DNA of 64,000 nucleotides from positions 1,021,760,001-1,021,824,000 of the forward strand of contig NC_091282.1 of NCBI RefSeq assembly GCF_032444005.1, read 5' to 3'. Below the pieces are notes generated by a model. The model was not told the origin of the DNA, searched no databases, and saw only the letters and a list, made by a program, of their open reading frames with translations. Source of the DNA: Ranitomeya imitator (lineage: Eukaryota). Below are positions 23,405 to 34,875 of this stretch, piece after piece. The stretch's first letter is position 1. Each line of letters begins with the position of its first letter. A program made the translations under genes and the position numbers.

Positions 23405-24655
23405 AAGGTAATGAGACTGGCCTCCAAACAGGCCATTTAAGCGTGGGGCATAATATCAAGGATTTACATCACCTGTGAAGCTGTTGGCGATGTCCCAGGA
23501 CATAGTTGTTAGACGGCGCTGAATAGTTGTTTCCGGACCTGCGCACATTAATCACAACCCATGAACTGTAGTGTAACAGCCAATCGGCTCCTACATATCA
23601 TGTAGCATTTCAGAGAGGCCAGCGCCAATAGGTGATGGACTCTTATGGAGTGAGTGCGCACGCGCACTAGTCCTGCACAGAGAATTATAGCCTCAATACA
23701 CGCACGCCCGGCCTCCCAAACAAGGGACACCCAGGCATGCGCAATAGGCGCGACTCACAAATGAAAGGGCAGTGCGCTCGCTCACCAGTTTACCCACTCA
23801 CATAAATCTAAGTGCGATAATCCCAACCAGTCCAGGATAAGTGCCCAAAGGAGTCCATAAGTGTCAGACAAGGAGGATGTTAATGCGCACACGCCTAGAC
23901 TAATATAAGACAAGCACTAAGGACAAATAAAAATGTGGTAGTGATAAATATTCAGTGCGCACGCGCACCAGTACGCAAGCCTGTCCGTTTGTATAGGCTG
24001 GGTGCCGTCAAAGGTATCAATATCAGGTAAACCAAAGGTTAGCATAGAGTTAACCTGTGGACCCATAATTACAAACAATAAAGAGCCCAAAGCCCCACCT
24101 ATACGTGCGCATACAGACTGATAGGAATATACGAAAAGGTGCCAAGAACCTGTATGTTGAGAGCTAATCCCCATTTTATGTGAGGCAATGGTTTTACTTA
24201 TGGGCACGCGCTCTAATTGCACTAGGTTTATATCAAAAGAAGAATGGGCATGAGGAACACCGACATGTCCGTGTTGGAGGTACGGAATATGGAGTGTCAT
24301 GCATTACACAGTCAATCTGGTACCACAATCATGCCACACATACTAATCGTAACTCCGTGAATTCTCACACCCCATCCGTCCACATCCAGCTACCTCTGTA
24401 GACAGTTACGGACCGTAGGACGTAAGCATAAAGAGAATGCGTGGACATTGCACGATCTGGGATTATGAACGTATGTACAAACAGATGAAGATAATACGCA
24501 ATAGGCATATATAAGGAATGATAATCCCCTCTCAAGTAAGAGTAACCAGGTGCACCCCCGAACAATCAAGGTAGATGTAAGGGGCATAAGACATGATACA
24601 AGACCCAACACCCAGGCACCCCCAACAAGTGGGGGGGGGAAAGAGGGGGTAGGAC

Positions 24656-25129
24656 TCCCAGATTGTCAGGTGTCACGCATGCTGGGGGTAACGGTGCTCT
24701 GCACATCGATTGTGAATGAAGAGTTCATATGAACGATAAAGAAAAAATATGCGGCACTCACCCCAATGTAGCAGTGAAGATGTGAACTTTAATGGAGAAA
24801 ATGAATTAGTACATACATCCGTCAGGACATAAGGGAAGCAGGAGGGTGCGGTAATGGAGCTTGGACACCCTCCTGCTTACCTTATGTCCTGACGGATGTA
24901 TGTACTAATTCATTTTCTCCATTAAAGTTCACGTCTTCACTGCTACATTGGGGTGAGTGCCGCATATTTTTTCTTTATCGTTCATATGAACTGTTCAAAG
25001 AAAGTGTCGTCATTGGAACAGATCCTCCTTGCTCTCAAAAACTGGCCTCTGGGGATCCCATTAATCTGTGATCGTGGATGTGATCATGTTGAGTGAAGTA
25101 CAGAATTGACAGCAGTTTCTTTAAGATAA
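24656..25129 (+). repeat. 474-bp direct repeat, copy 2, containing the hairpin 24722-24992
   Basis: Offset 2513 from copy 1. Confidence 0.93.
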
Positions 25130-27254
25130 ACATTAGTTTGCAGGGTATCATTCGGTCCCCTCAGGATTTGCATATCCAAGAAATCTATTGATCTCTGGCT
25201 ATATTTGCATGTCAATTTGATATTCATTCCGTTATCATTTAGGGTATCAAAAAAGCCAAGAAGGTCCCGTTCTGTTCCCTGCCATATCATGAGTATGTCA
25301 TTAATGAAGCGGACCCATAACAGGACCCTCTCAATGTAGGCTATGGGATTCACAAAAAAAGATCAACCTCTCCTACATGCCCAAAAACAAGTTTGCGTAT
25401 GAGAGGGCAAAAGCTGCCCCCATTGCGGTTTCCGGTTTCTGCAAGTAGATTAGATCAGGGGTGTCAAACTGCATTCCTCGAGGGCCGCAAACCATGCGTG
25501 TTTTCAAGATTTCCTTAGCTTTGCACAAGGTGCTGTAATCATTATGTGTGTAGGTGATTAAATTATCACCTGTGCAGTAAAAGGAAATCCTGAAAACATG
25601 ACCTGTTTGCAGCCCTCGAGAAATGCAGTTTGACACCCCTGGATTAGATGGTCTCTTTGAACATGAAGAAGTTGTGTTTCAACACAAAATCAAGGCGGGT
25701 TAAAAGAAAGTTGACAAATTCAATATCATAATCAGTCATCATCAAAAAGCTTTTAGTTGCTTGTATGGCATCATGATGTTGTATCGATGTATACAATGAT
25801 TCTACATCCAGACTCACTAACCACATGTCACTTTCCATTGGTATGCCTTCCACCTTATTTAAGACATCCCGTGTCCTTCACATGCAATGGTAAATCACAT
25901 ATCATTGGTTTTAAATAGAAATCAAGGTATTTGGATACTATTTCACACTGGCTTCCATTGCCTAATTCAATGGGACGCCCCGGAGGTATCGTTAGACTTT
26001 TGGGAATTTTTGGGACAAAATAGATACAGGCCTCCTTTGGGTGGCTAGGTATCTAATTGTCCCTCAGCTCCTTTGTTATGACCCCTCTCTGAAAGGCCTC
26101 CTCCAAGATACCCAATATTTCACCCTGATAGGTAAGGGTGGGGATAAATGTCAGTCTTTGGTAGCATGTGGTTGCCTAAAGGCTTCCTTCTCATACAATT
26201 TTGTGGGCCATATCACTACATTGCCTCCTTTGTCCGCCGGTTTTATTACTATTTCATTGAGATTCCTCAATTCTCTTAGTGCTTCCCTCTGGAATTTTTT
26301 CAAACTCCTCAGTTACCAATTTGACAAATAATTCAACATTCGGGTAGAGATTAAGTGGAGGAACATTTTTGGGGACTGGTGCTGGAAACTTACCCCTGGT
26401 ATTAGATTTGTCATGTTCCCCACTCAATTTCTCCAATATTGATATTGCCTCCAATTCCCTTGCATTCCATTCCTCTCCCATATTTGGTTTCTCATGTAAT
26501 TTCTTTAATACCAGTTTCCGTGCAAACAGGTGGCGGTCCTTTACTGCTAAAAAAGAATCAAATGGGACGGTAGGTGAGAATGAAAGACCCAAACTAAGGA
26601 CTTCTATTTGAGGTTTTGTGAGTTCAATTTCGGATAGATTAATTACCTGGAGTTTTGAAGTTTTTTGAGTGTCCGCTCTTCTATCCTTTTTCTTGTAATT
26701 GTTCTTCTTTCTCCAGTTGGTGTTCTTTCTCAAGTTATACTTTTGATTTCCAATGCATTATCATCTTCTCTGGAGGACAGTGATGAAAAAGAGGATGCTC
26801 TCGTGATATTTGCATTCTTATTGGAGACAGATTGCCATCTATAGACAGTGCCACTTTTGAAATCATGTAAATCTCTCTGAAATTTCTTCGCTTTAATATT
26901 TTTCACTTCTTTTTCCCAGATAGTGAATTGTGCATCAATATCCTTATTTAGTATTTCAACCTCAGAACCTGATAGATTTTCAAGCAGTTTAGTCCTTGTA
27001 AGTTCTATGTCTGCATCCAACTTTTCTAAACTTTTTTTATTATTTCCAATCAACAACTCAATTAAAGATCTATAGCATAAACTGCATGTTTCCTTCCACT
27101 TTGCTCTAAAGGTGGTGTCCTCAACCGGGTAGGAAGGCATAATTCGTATCCTTAGCCCCATAGGGATCAGTCCCTTGGCAAGATATTTCTCCAATGATGT
27201 CTTGTTCCACCACATACGTGTTCTTTTTAATAAATTTTTGAGAGAATTCTTAAG
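24992..27254 (-). pseudogene. Penelope-like ORF, N-terminal and RT part
   Basis: ORF-track fragments 26730-27215, 26254-26733, 25644-25853 and 25084-25353; multiple frameshifts. Confidence 0.88.
25456..25641. mobile_element. 186-bp hAT MITE inserted in the Penelope RT
   Basis: TIR CAGGGGTGTCAAACTGCATT(C/T)CTCGAGGG; 8-bp TSD GATTAGAT (25448-25455 / 25642-25649). Confidence 0.93.
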
Positions 27255-28750
27255 TTTGGATTTTGTATTGCTTTGAGAAGCGCCTGTAATTAAGCCTTTA
27301 ATTTGTAGGTTTTTCTAATTGTACCTGTACTTTGTTACAGAGTGTATTGGGCTATTATGGATATAAAAGCCAGAGATCAAAACTGGCTATCATGTATGGA
27401 TACAGTATTTGATGGAGACACTTTACAAAACGATTCTACTAATGGTGGGCAAAAAAACGGAACTTAAGAATTCTATCAAATATTTATTAAAAAGAAGAAC
27501 ACGTATATGGTGGAATTTATTTCCTTTATACTAGAAGGTTTAGATTTTGTTTTGAATCATAATGCTTTTAAATTTTTGAATCGGTGGTATTTACAAGTGG
27601 TTGGTACGGCTATGGGTACGCCCGTAGCTTGTGTTTCCACAAACTTATTTTTAGTGGTGTTCGAGGAGAAATATATCACAAGTATAAAAAGTCCATTATT
27701 GAAACACATAAAAAGCTATATACGCTATGTGAACGATATCTTTATGATTTGGGACAGTGACCAGATAGAGTTTGATGATTTTGTTGCATATTTGAACAAC
27801 ACAAATGATGAAAATATGCAGTTTGCATCATGTTTTGGTAGAGATAAATTGAATTTTTTAGATATAGATATAAATATCAGTGACAGAAAGATTCTAACAA
27901 CAGTCCATAGGAAAACAACAGCCTCTAATTTGTTATTACGGTACGGAGCCCATCCTCCTTTTAACAAAAAAAAGTTTGCCATATAGTCAGATGTTATGCT
28001 TAAGAAAAATTAATAACGATAATGAATGTTTTGAACAGCAAATGGAGGAAGTAAAAAAGCGTTTTGAAGACAGGGGTTATTCCCCCCGCTTTATTAAAAG
28101 AAGCTGAACTGCCTGTTAAAAAGAAAACACAATCTGAGCTTTTGAGAAAAAATTCACTCCCGTCTAAAAAAACACTACTCTGCATCTGCACAGGAGAAGT
28201 TTTTTAATTTTTGTTTCAAACATACATTTATGGATAAGACCATTCATGCGTCAATCTGTAAAAATTGGCATATTTTGAAGTCTGATAATGATTTAAACAA
28301 ATGTTATAAAATTACACTGTGGTTTGCTTATAAAAGAACTAATAATTTGACAGATTTATTGGTACAAAATCGGGTTTCTCAACCGCACGATAATTGGCTC
28401 ATATCTAACACCCCGAAAGGGAATTTCAAATGCGGTGATTGCAATTTTTGTCAGTACCATTTAATAGGGAATTCTTTGCAGATTGGCTCCATACTACACC
28501 CCTTTAGGCACCATTCGATATATAAAGCTCTGCCGTACTACACTAATCCAGGTGCCATCCAGCAAATGCAGCTCTGCCGTTCCTTGCTAAACCAATGCAT
28601 CTGGCATGGGAAGCACACTCACAACTATCCACATCACCAGGTGAGCCACACCAGGTAAGCTTCAGATTTGGTATTTGTTGTGTTCTAGCTGCACTCGCAT
28701 GCACGCAGTGTGGCCCAAAGCCACATATGATATTTTCTATCAGGATGTAC
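27254..28750 (+). pseudogene. Plus-strand Penelope-like fragments: inverted 5' end (intron remnant + ORF start) joined to an older RT/endonuclease relic
   Basis: Acceptor TTTGTTACAG (27340) and ATG at 27357 (MDIKARDQNWLS...); GTAMGTP...YVNDIFMIW at 27507-27986; FKCGDCNFC in 28230-28658. Confidence 0.75.
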
Positions 28751-28783
28751 AGCATGCTCTGTAGCTTGTAAGTTATGTATATA

Positions 28784-30389
28784 CAGTGGGGCAAAAAAGT
28801 ATTTAGTCAGTCAGCAATAGTGCAAGTTCCACCACTTAAAAAGATGAGAGGCGTCTGTAATTTACATCATAGGTAGACCTCAACTATGGGAGACAAACTG
28901 AGAAAAAAAAATCCAGAAAATCACATTGTCTGTTTTTTTAACAATTTATTTGCATATTATGGTGGAAAATAAGTATTTGGTCAGAAACAAACAATCAAGA
29001 TTTCTGGCTCTCACAGACCTGTAACTTCTTCTTTAAGAGTCTCCTCTTTCCTCCACTCATTACCTGTAGTAATGGCACCTGTTTAAACTTGTTATCAGTA
29101 TAAAAAGACACCTGTGCACACCCTCAAACAGTCTGACTCCAAACTCCACTATGGTGAAGACCAAAGAGCTGTCAAAGGACACCAGAAACAAAATTGTAGC
29201 CCTGCACCAGGCTGGGAAGACTGAATCTGCAATAGCCAACCAGCTTGGAGTGAAGAAATCAACAGTGGGAGCAATAATTAGAAAATGGAAGACATACAAG
29301 ACCACTGATAATCTCCCTCGATCTGGGGCTCCACGCAAAATCCCACCCCGTGGGGTCAGAATGATCACAAGAACGGTGAGCAAAAATCCCAGAACCACGC
29401 GGGGGGACCTAGTGAATGAACTGCAGAGAGCTGGGACCAATGTAACAAGGCCTACCATAAGTAACACACTACGCCACCATGGACTCAGATCCTGCAGTGC
29501 CAGACGTGTCCCACTGCTTAAGCCAGTACATGTCCGGGCCCGTCTGAAATTTGCTAGAGAGCATTTGGATGATCCAGAGGAGTTTTGGGAGAATGTCCTA
29601 TGGTCTGATGAAACCAAACTGGAACTGTTTGGTAGAAACACAACTTGTTGTGTTTGGAGGAAAAAGAATACTGAGTTGCATCCATCAAACACCATACCTA
29701 CTGTAAAGCATGGTGGTGGAAACATCATGCTTTGGGGCTGTTTCTCTGCAAAGGGGCCAGGACGACTGATCCGGTACATGAAAGAATGAATGGGGCCATG
29801 TATCATGAGATTTTGAGTACAAACCTCCTTCCATCAGCAAGGGCATTGAAGATGAAACGTGGCTGGGTCTTTCAACATGACAATGATCCAAAGCACACCG
29901 CCAGGGCAACGAAGGAGTGGCTTCGTAAGGAGCATTTCAAGGTCCTGGAGTGGCCTAGCCAGTCTCCAGATCTCAACCCTATAGAAAACCTTTGGAGGGA
30001 GTTGAAAGTCCGTGTTGCCAAGCGAAAAGCCAAAAACATCACTGCTCTAGAGGAGATCTGCATGGAGGAATGGGCCAACATACCAACAACAGTGTGTGGC
30101 AACCTTGTGAAGACTTACAGAAAACGTTTGACCTCTGTCATTGCCAACAAAGGATATATTACAAAGTATTGAGATGAAATTTTGTTTCTGACCAAATACT
30201 TATTTTCCACCATAATATGCAAATAAATTGTTAAAAAAAACAGACAATGTGATTTTCTGGATTTTTTTTTCTCAGTTTGTCTCCCATAGTTGAGGTCTAC
30301 CTATGATGTAAATTACAGACGCCTCTCATCTTTTTAAGTGGTGGAACTTGCACTATTGCTGACTGACTAAATACTTTTTTGCCACACTG
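28784..30389 (+). mobile_element. Full-length Tc1 (DD34E) transposon, 1606 bp
   Basis: ~208-bp TIRs starting CAGTGGGGCAAAAAAGTATTT; TA duplicated (28782-83 / 30390-91). Confidence 0.96.
29151..30172 (+). pseudogene. Tc1 transposase with a single 1-bp frameshift near 29773
   Basis: HTH N-terminus MVKTKELS; [15 protein letters not shown] and [11 protein letters not shown] motifs; the frame switches at GRLIR/VHERMNG. Confidence 0.92.
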
Positions 30390-33300
30390 TATCTCATTCT
30401 AGGCAAATAAAAATTGTGGTAGTTAAAAAATCTGTGACAGTAGGTACTTTGTTAACAAACCACAAAAACAGTTGTTTTAGGAATCTTTGATTTACAAAAC
30501 ATATGCTCTGTCATATTTGATTTTTTTGGGCTGACCCATTTACCAGTAAGTCAAGACTTTTTTTTGTGAATTCTAAAGTCAGTTCTAATGATTGTGCTGT
30601 CAATACTTTAACTGTAATTACCATATAATAATTTATTATTAAATATAATTTAGGAAATCTATCTTAAAAAATCATTTTATAAGACCAATGTGCCCGTTTT
30701 CAGAACAGATTGTGTAATAAAATATTTAAATTTGCTGCAAATATATTTGAAGCATTTTACGTACATAAAGTGAATTTTATAAGTGTAATTTCCAGATATA
30801 GCTTCTTACAACTTGCTCTGAGGTAAGTGTAGAGAAATCCTCTTGTTTAATTCTTCATTGAAGCTTAAAAATAGCTCTTGACATTCACAGTGGAGATTGT
30901 TAATTTGCTATTCAGTGGGTACACATTACAAAAGAAGAAATATAATATACTATCTTTGTATAAGAAACGGAAAGGTTATTTATCATTATTATCATTATTC
31001 ACTCCACCGAAACAAACTTTTCTTTATTTCTTAAACTTTCAATGTGGCTACAGTCAAGTAAGTTACATTGACTTAAACTTAAAAAAAAGTGGTATTGAAT
31101 TACACTGCTTAATTCCCTTCTGCAATTAGACATTTTGTAGTGATTTTATGTGTTGATTGTATCAATAAAACTATTTTGCAGTATAAGCTTAAAAGGAGCT
31201 AATTAAGCCTTTTCATCAACCTTGGCACAAATCGTATTCGCTAACTGCAAGTCACTTGTTGAGTTCAACAACACACAATTATTACTGACAAGTTGAATAC
31301 TACAGACTCCTTGATACATTACACAAGATCCCAGTCAGCCATTTTGATTAAGCTATTTTTTTAAATTATGATATTTTTCAAAGATTTATGTAAATGTCAA
31401 CATCAATGGAAGGATTAAATATATAATTATTTTTTTTAAAGAAAGATTGTGAAAGAATCTGTATGTGATTCATTTTCATGAAAGGATTTGTTTGTAAATC
31501 TCATGGAGATAATATCAAGAACAAGATTAAAGCTTGTTTCCTCTATACAAATGGAAGGTAACAAGGACATAAAGCACCATGACTTCAATGACCACTAGGG
31601 TTTGGGACAAATAGAAATGGGTGAGAGATTTTCCTTTACTGTCTACTTTCAAAAGCAAAGGAATATGTATCACTGAATTATGACTTAACTAATTGCACTA
31701 TATTTTAGGTAGTGTACTTCAAATATCGGTATATTTTGATATATTATCTGAAATAGAGTGCTGAGAGTCTTATAGTTTTTCTTATACCAAATTCCTTAAT
31801 AGGATTGGTTGCCCTCTTCTGTACCTGCTTCAGGTATGTCATACTTATACACAAGGTCTGAAAATTATATAATGTATTTTATGTGTAGACTTTTGATTGG
31901 AATCAAAATCTTGATTTTGAATTTTGCATCTTTGCTTTAGATGTATATCACTATTGCCTTGGCTACAGTTATCTTTCACTAGTTACTGAAGTTAAAAGGA
32001 TATTCCATCTCCAAGATCCCATCCCAATATATAGTATATAGTATATGTGATAATAATAATAATTATGGATGGGTGAACAATATCAGTAAACTTCGAGGTG
32101 TGTACCCAACACCTAGTCTCCATGGATTAACCCTGAACATGTAGTTCTCCAGAAAGTCTGTGTTACTGTTCTAGTTCGGCAGCCCGAACAAGGCTGCAGG
32201 CACAGACAATCAACAAGTTTTACTGTGTGAGCACTTCCGGTTCAATCACTGCAATGTCAAGTAATAGCATGGCTGTGATTGGCAAGCACACACTGTATTA
32301 AAAAAAAGACTCGCTATCTCATTTTTTTTTTATAACCAGTGCAGGTAAAAGCGACAGCTGTGGCCTACAGCCCCCAGCTGTTAGATTTATCTCAGATGTT
32401 AATCAAAGAGGGGTCCCCAAACTATTTTTTAAAATTATTTTTTAAAAATAATATAAAAAATGGCATGCCCCCCATTTTTTATAACCAACCAAGATACAGC
32501 GGACAGCTGGAGGCTAGTATTCTCTGACTGGGTAGGGGCCGTGGATCCATTGCCCTTCCCAGCCTAAAACAGCAGCCTGCTGCTGCCCCAGAAAATGCAT
32601 GTCTATTAAATGAGCCAATTTTGGCTCTTTACTCAGGTCTTCCCACTTCCCCTGGTGCAGTGTCAAGTGGGGTAATAGTATTGGGGTTGATGTCAGCTTT
32701 GCAATGTCAGCTGACAGCAAGCCCATGGGTTAGTAAAGACAGGCATCTATAACATGCCCTCATAGCTAATCACATAGTCAAAAGTAATAAAGACAGAGAG
32801 AGAGACAGAGTAAAGTTCAAAACTTGAAATAACCACACAGACTATGTTATTTCAAATAACAACTCCCTGACCTTGTTCTACCCATGTATTCGCCCAAAAT
32901 TAAATTAAAAAAGGAAATTGATACTTACCTTTCTGACAATAATCAACTAATGGCCATGTACTGTTAGGATGGTTTGGAGAGCGGTCACATCAGTGAAGCA
33001 TTCTCTTTCCATGTCAGCCAGCTCACATTAAGTAGAGCATGAAAATGTGTCTGACTGGCGGAGACGTAATTTAGGCTACCACCGTTCACAGGCAGAGCTT
33101 CTCATGCTCTGATTAGTGTGTTGTGGCAGAGGTGAAGAGCGGTTGCATCACTGATGTGACTACACTCCAAACATCGGGATTGTCGTGGGACACGGCCATT
33201 AAAGGATTATCAGCAGAAAGGTGAGTATAGCTTTGCTTCTAAGTCTGAGAATACCAGCTCCCAGCTGTGTGCTTTAGCATGGCTGGATGTCAAAAATAAA

Positions 33301-33454
33301 GGGACAGGGGGGCGTGGCCTATCTGCTGATGGAGTAGGTCGCACAGAGTGGGAGCTCCTCAGCCAGGAACCTCAAAGCGGCACACTTCTACCTCTCAGGT
33401 GTCCTCTTCTGCCTTCACGACATCGGTGCTGGCTCCCGGTGCGTCGGTGAGTGC

Positions 33455-34525
33455 ATGGCGAAATCCAGAGCGTCCAACCGCGATCCCCCTAGGAGAATTC
33501 CCGACTTCTTTGCAGCCACCCCGCAGCCACCGCCGGAATCCAAGATGGCGCCGTCCTCCCCCAGGGCTTCCCGCTCCTCACAACGCAACGCTCAGGCGTC
33601 GCGGTCCGGCGCTGCGGCGTCGCATCCAGATGGAACAGCGCTACATTCGGACGCAGCAGCGTCGCATTTTGGCGGAGCAGCGTTAAATTCAGGCGGCTCG
33701 GCGTCTGACGCAGCTGATGGCCCGGTGACCGCATCTCTCCTTAGGGGACTGCTTGGGGACCTTAGATCCTCCATCCAAGAGGACTTGCGTTCTATGCTGG
33801 CTGAGCTAAGAGGAGAGGTGGCGGAGCTGGGCAACCGCACGGACCGCCTGGAGCGCAAGATGGCGGAACTGGTCTCCTCTCATAATGAGCTCTGGGACGC
33901 ACATGAATCCCTGCAAACCCTAGCTGCTAAAACCCACGCTAAAGACCTGGAAGATAGGTCCAGGAGAAATAACGTTAAACTGAGAGGCATCGAGGAATCT
34001 GTCCTGGCAGGGGATTTGAAGTCATTCCTGCAGGACTTTATGGCGGCAGCCTTACCGCAGTTCGCGCCAAAGGACTTCATAATAGACCGCGTGCATAGGA
34101 TCCCTAAACCCTCTGGCCTGGGACCCTCCATTCCCAGAGATGTGCTGGCGCGCATACATTTTTTTGAGATAAAGGAGGACTTTCTACAGGCCCTAAGGAG
34201 AACCCCAGCGCTTCCTGAACGATTTGCAAACATCTCAGTCTTTCCGGATCTCTCTCCGGGCACTTTGGCTCTGCGGAGGACCTTCGCCCCCTACACTGCC
34301 ATCCTCAGAGAGAAAGGCATCCTGTATCGCTGGGGATTTCCGACGAAGCTGCTCATTCGCAAAGATGGATCAATCACTACCTGCCTAACTCCGTCCCACG
34401 CGGCTTCGGCTCTCGCTAAATGGGGACTCCCGACTCCGGACTCCTCGAGTGCCGGGAACATTCCTAAGCATGGGTCTGACGGAGGTCCCAGGGCCCGTAT
34501 CACACCGGACTGGGAGGAGGCCTGA
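33455..34525 (+). CDS. L1 ORF1p (coiled coil, RRM, CTD), 356 aa
   Basis: DLEDRSRRNNVKLRGI, IDRVHR, PRDVLARIH, FPDLS and YRWGFP motifs. Confidence 0.93.
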   Translation: MAKSRASNRDPPRRIPDFFAATPQPPPESKMAPSSPRASRSSQRNAQASRSGAAASHPDGTALHSDAAASHFGGAALNSGGSASDAADGPVTASLLRGLLGDLRSSIQEDLRSMLAELRGEVAELGNRTDRLERKMAELVSSHNELWDAHESLQTLAAKTHAKDLEDRSRRNNVKLRGIEESVLAGDLKSFLQDFMAAALPQFAPKDFIIDRVHRIPKPSGLGPSIPRDVLARIHFFEIKEDFLQALRRTPALPERFANISVFPDLSPGTLALRRTFAPYTAILREKGILYRWGFPTKLLIRKDGSITTCLTPSHAASALAKWGLPTPDSSSAGNIPKHGSDGGPRARITPDWEEA

Positions 34526-34875
34526 GTCTACTGTATCTTTGGTTCCTGGCTATTTTCCCGCACGGATTTACTTGGTTTTTCTTTTTTTTCCTTTTTTAAG
34601 CTGCGTTGGTTTCTCGCTTGAGAGCTCCAGCAGCATCTGTTTGCCCCATAGGTGAACTGTTTTTTTGATTCTCACCTTCTGGACTCAGGATATTCCTGAA
34701 TGGACCTTGGTCCGCTGGTTTTTTTGTTGTATGTCCTGTTTGTTTCCCTATGTTCTTTCTCTTCTGTTTCTGTTTTGCCCTTTCTTATGTCCTGCTATAT
34801 TGACCACATGTTTTCTTTGCCTTTGCTCAGGTTATCAGTGTTTGAGGACTGTAAAACTGTTCTTATACCTTTTCA

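Larger units (their letters stand above)
18167..27254 (-). mobile_element. Penelope-like element: ORF relic plus a ~2.3-kb 3' trailer/pseudo-LTR, with several nested insertions
   Basis: N-terminus MWWNKTSLEKYL; VINLS...LSLGLSFSPT; RT motifs VSLDVESLYTSI, TAMG...YANLFLG, RFINDILMIW; GIY-YIG VIYYVTCPCKNIYVGLT...RVREH; stop at 21229. The 3' boundary is inferred. Confidence 0.8.

Noticed and set aside
21229-28750. DIRS/tyrosine-recombinase retroelement, suggested by the inverted and split repeats
   Set aside because: No tyrosine recombinase or RNase H motifs were seen; the RT is followed by a GIY-YIG domain, which defines Penelope-like elements.
30878-31129. 83-aa ORF in the AT-rich island
   Set aside because: It has a non-ATG start, a composition expected from AT-rich non-coding DNA, and no motif.
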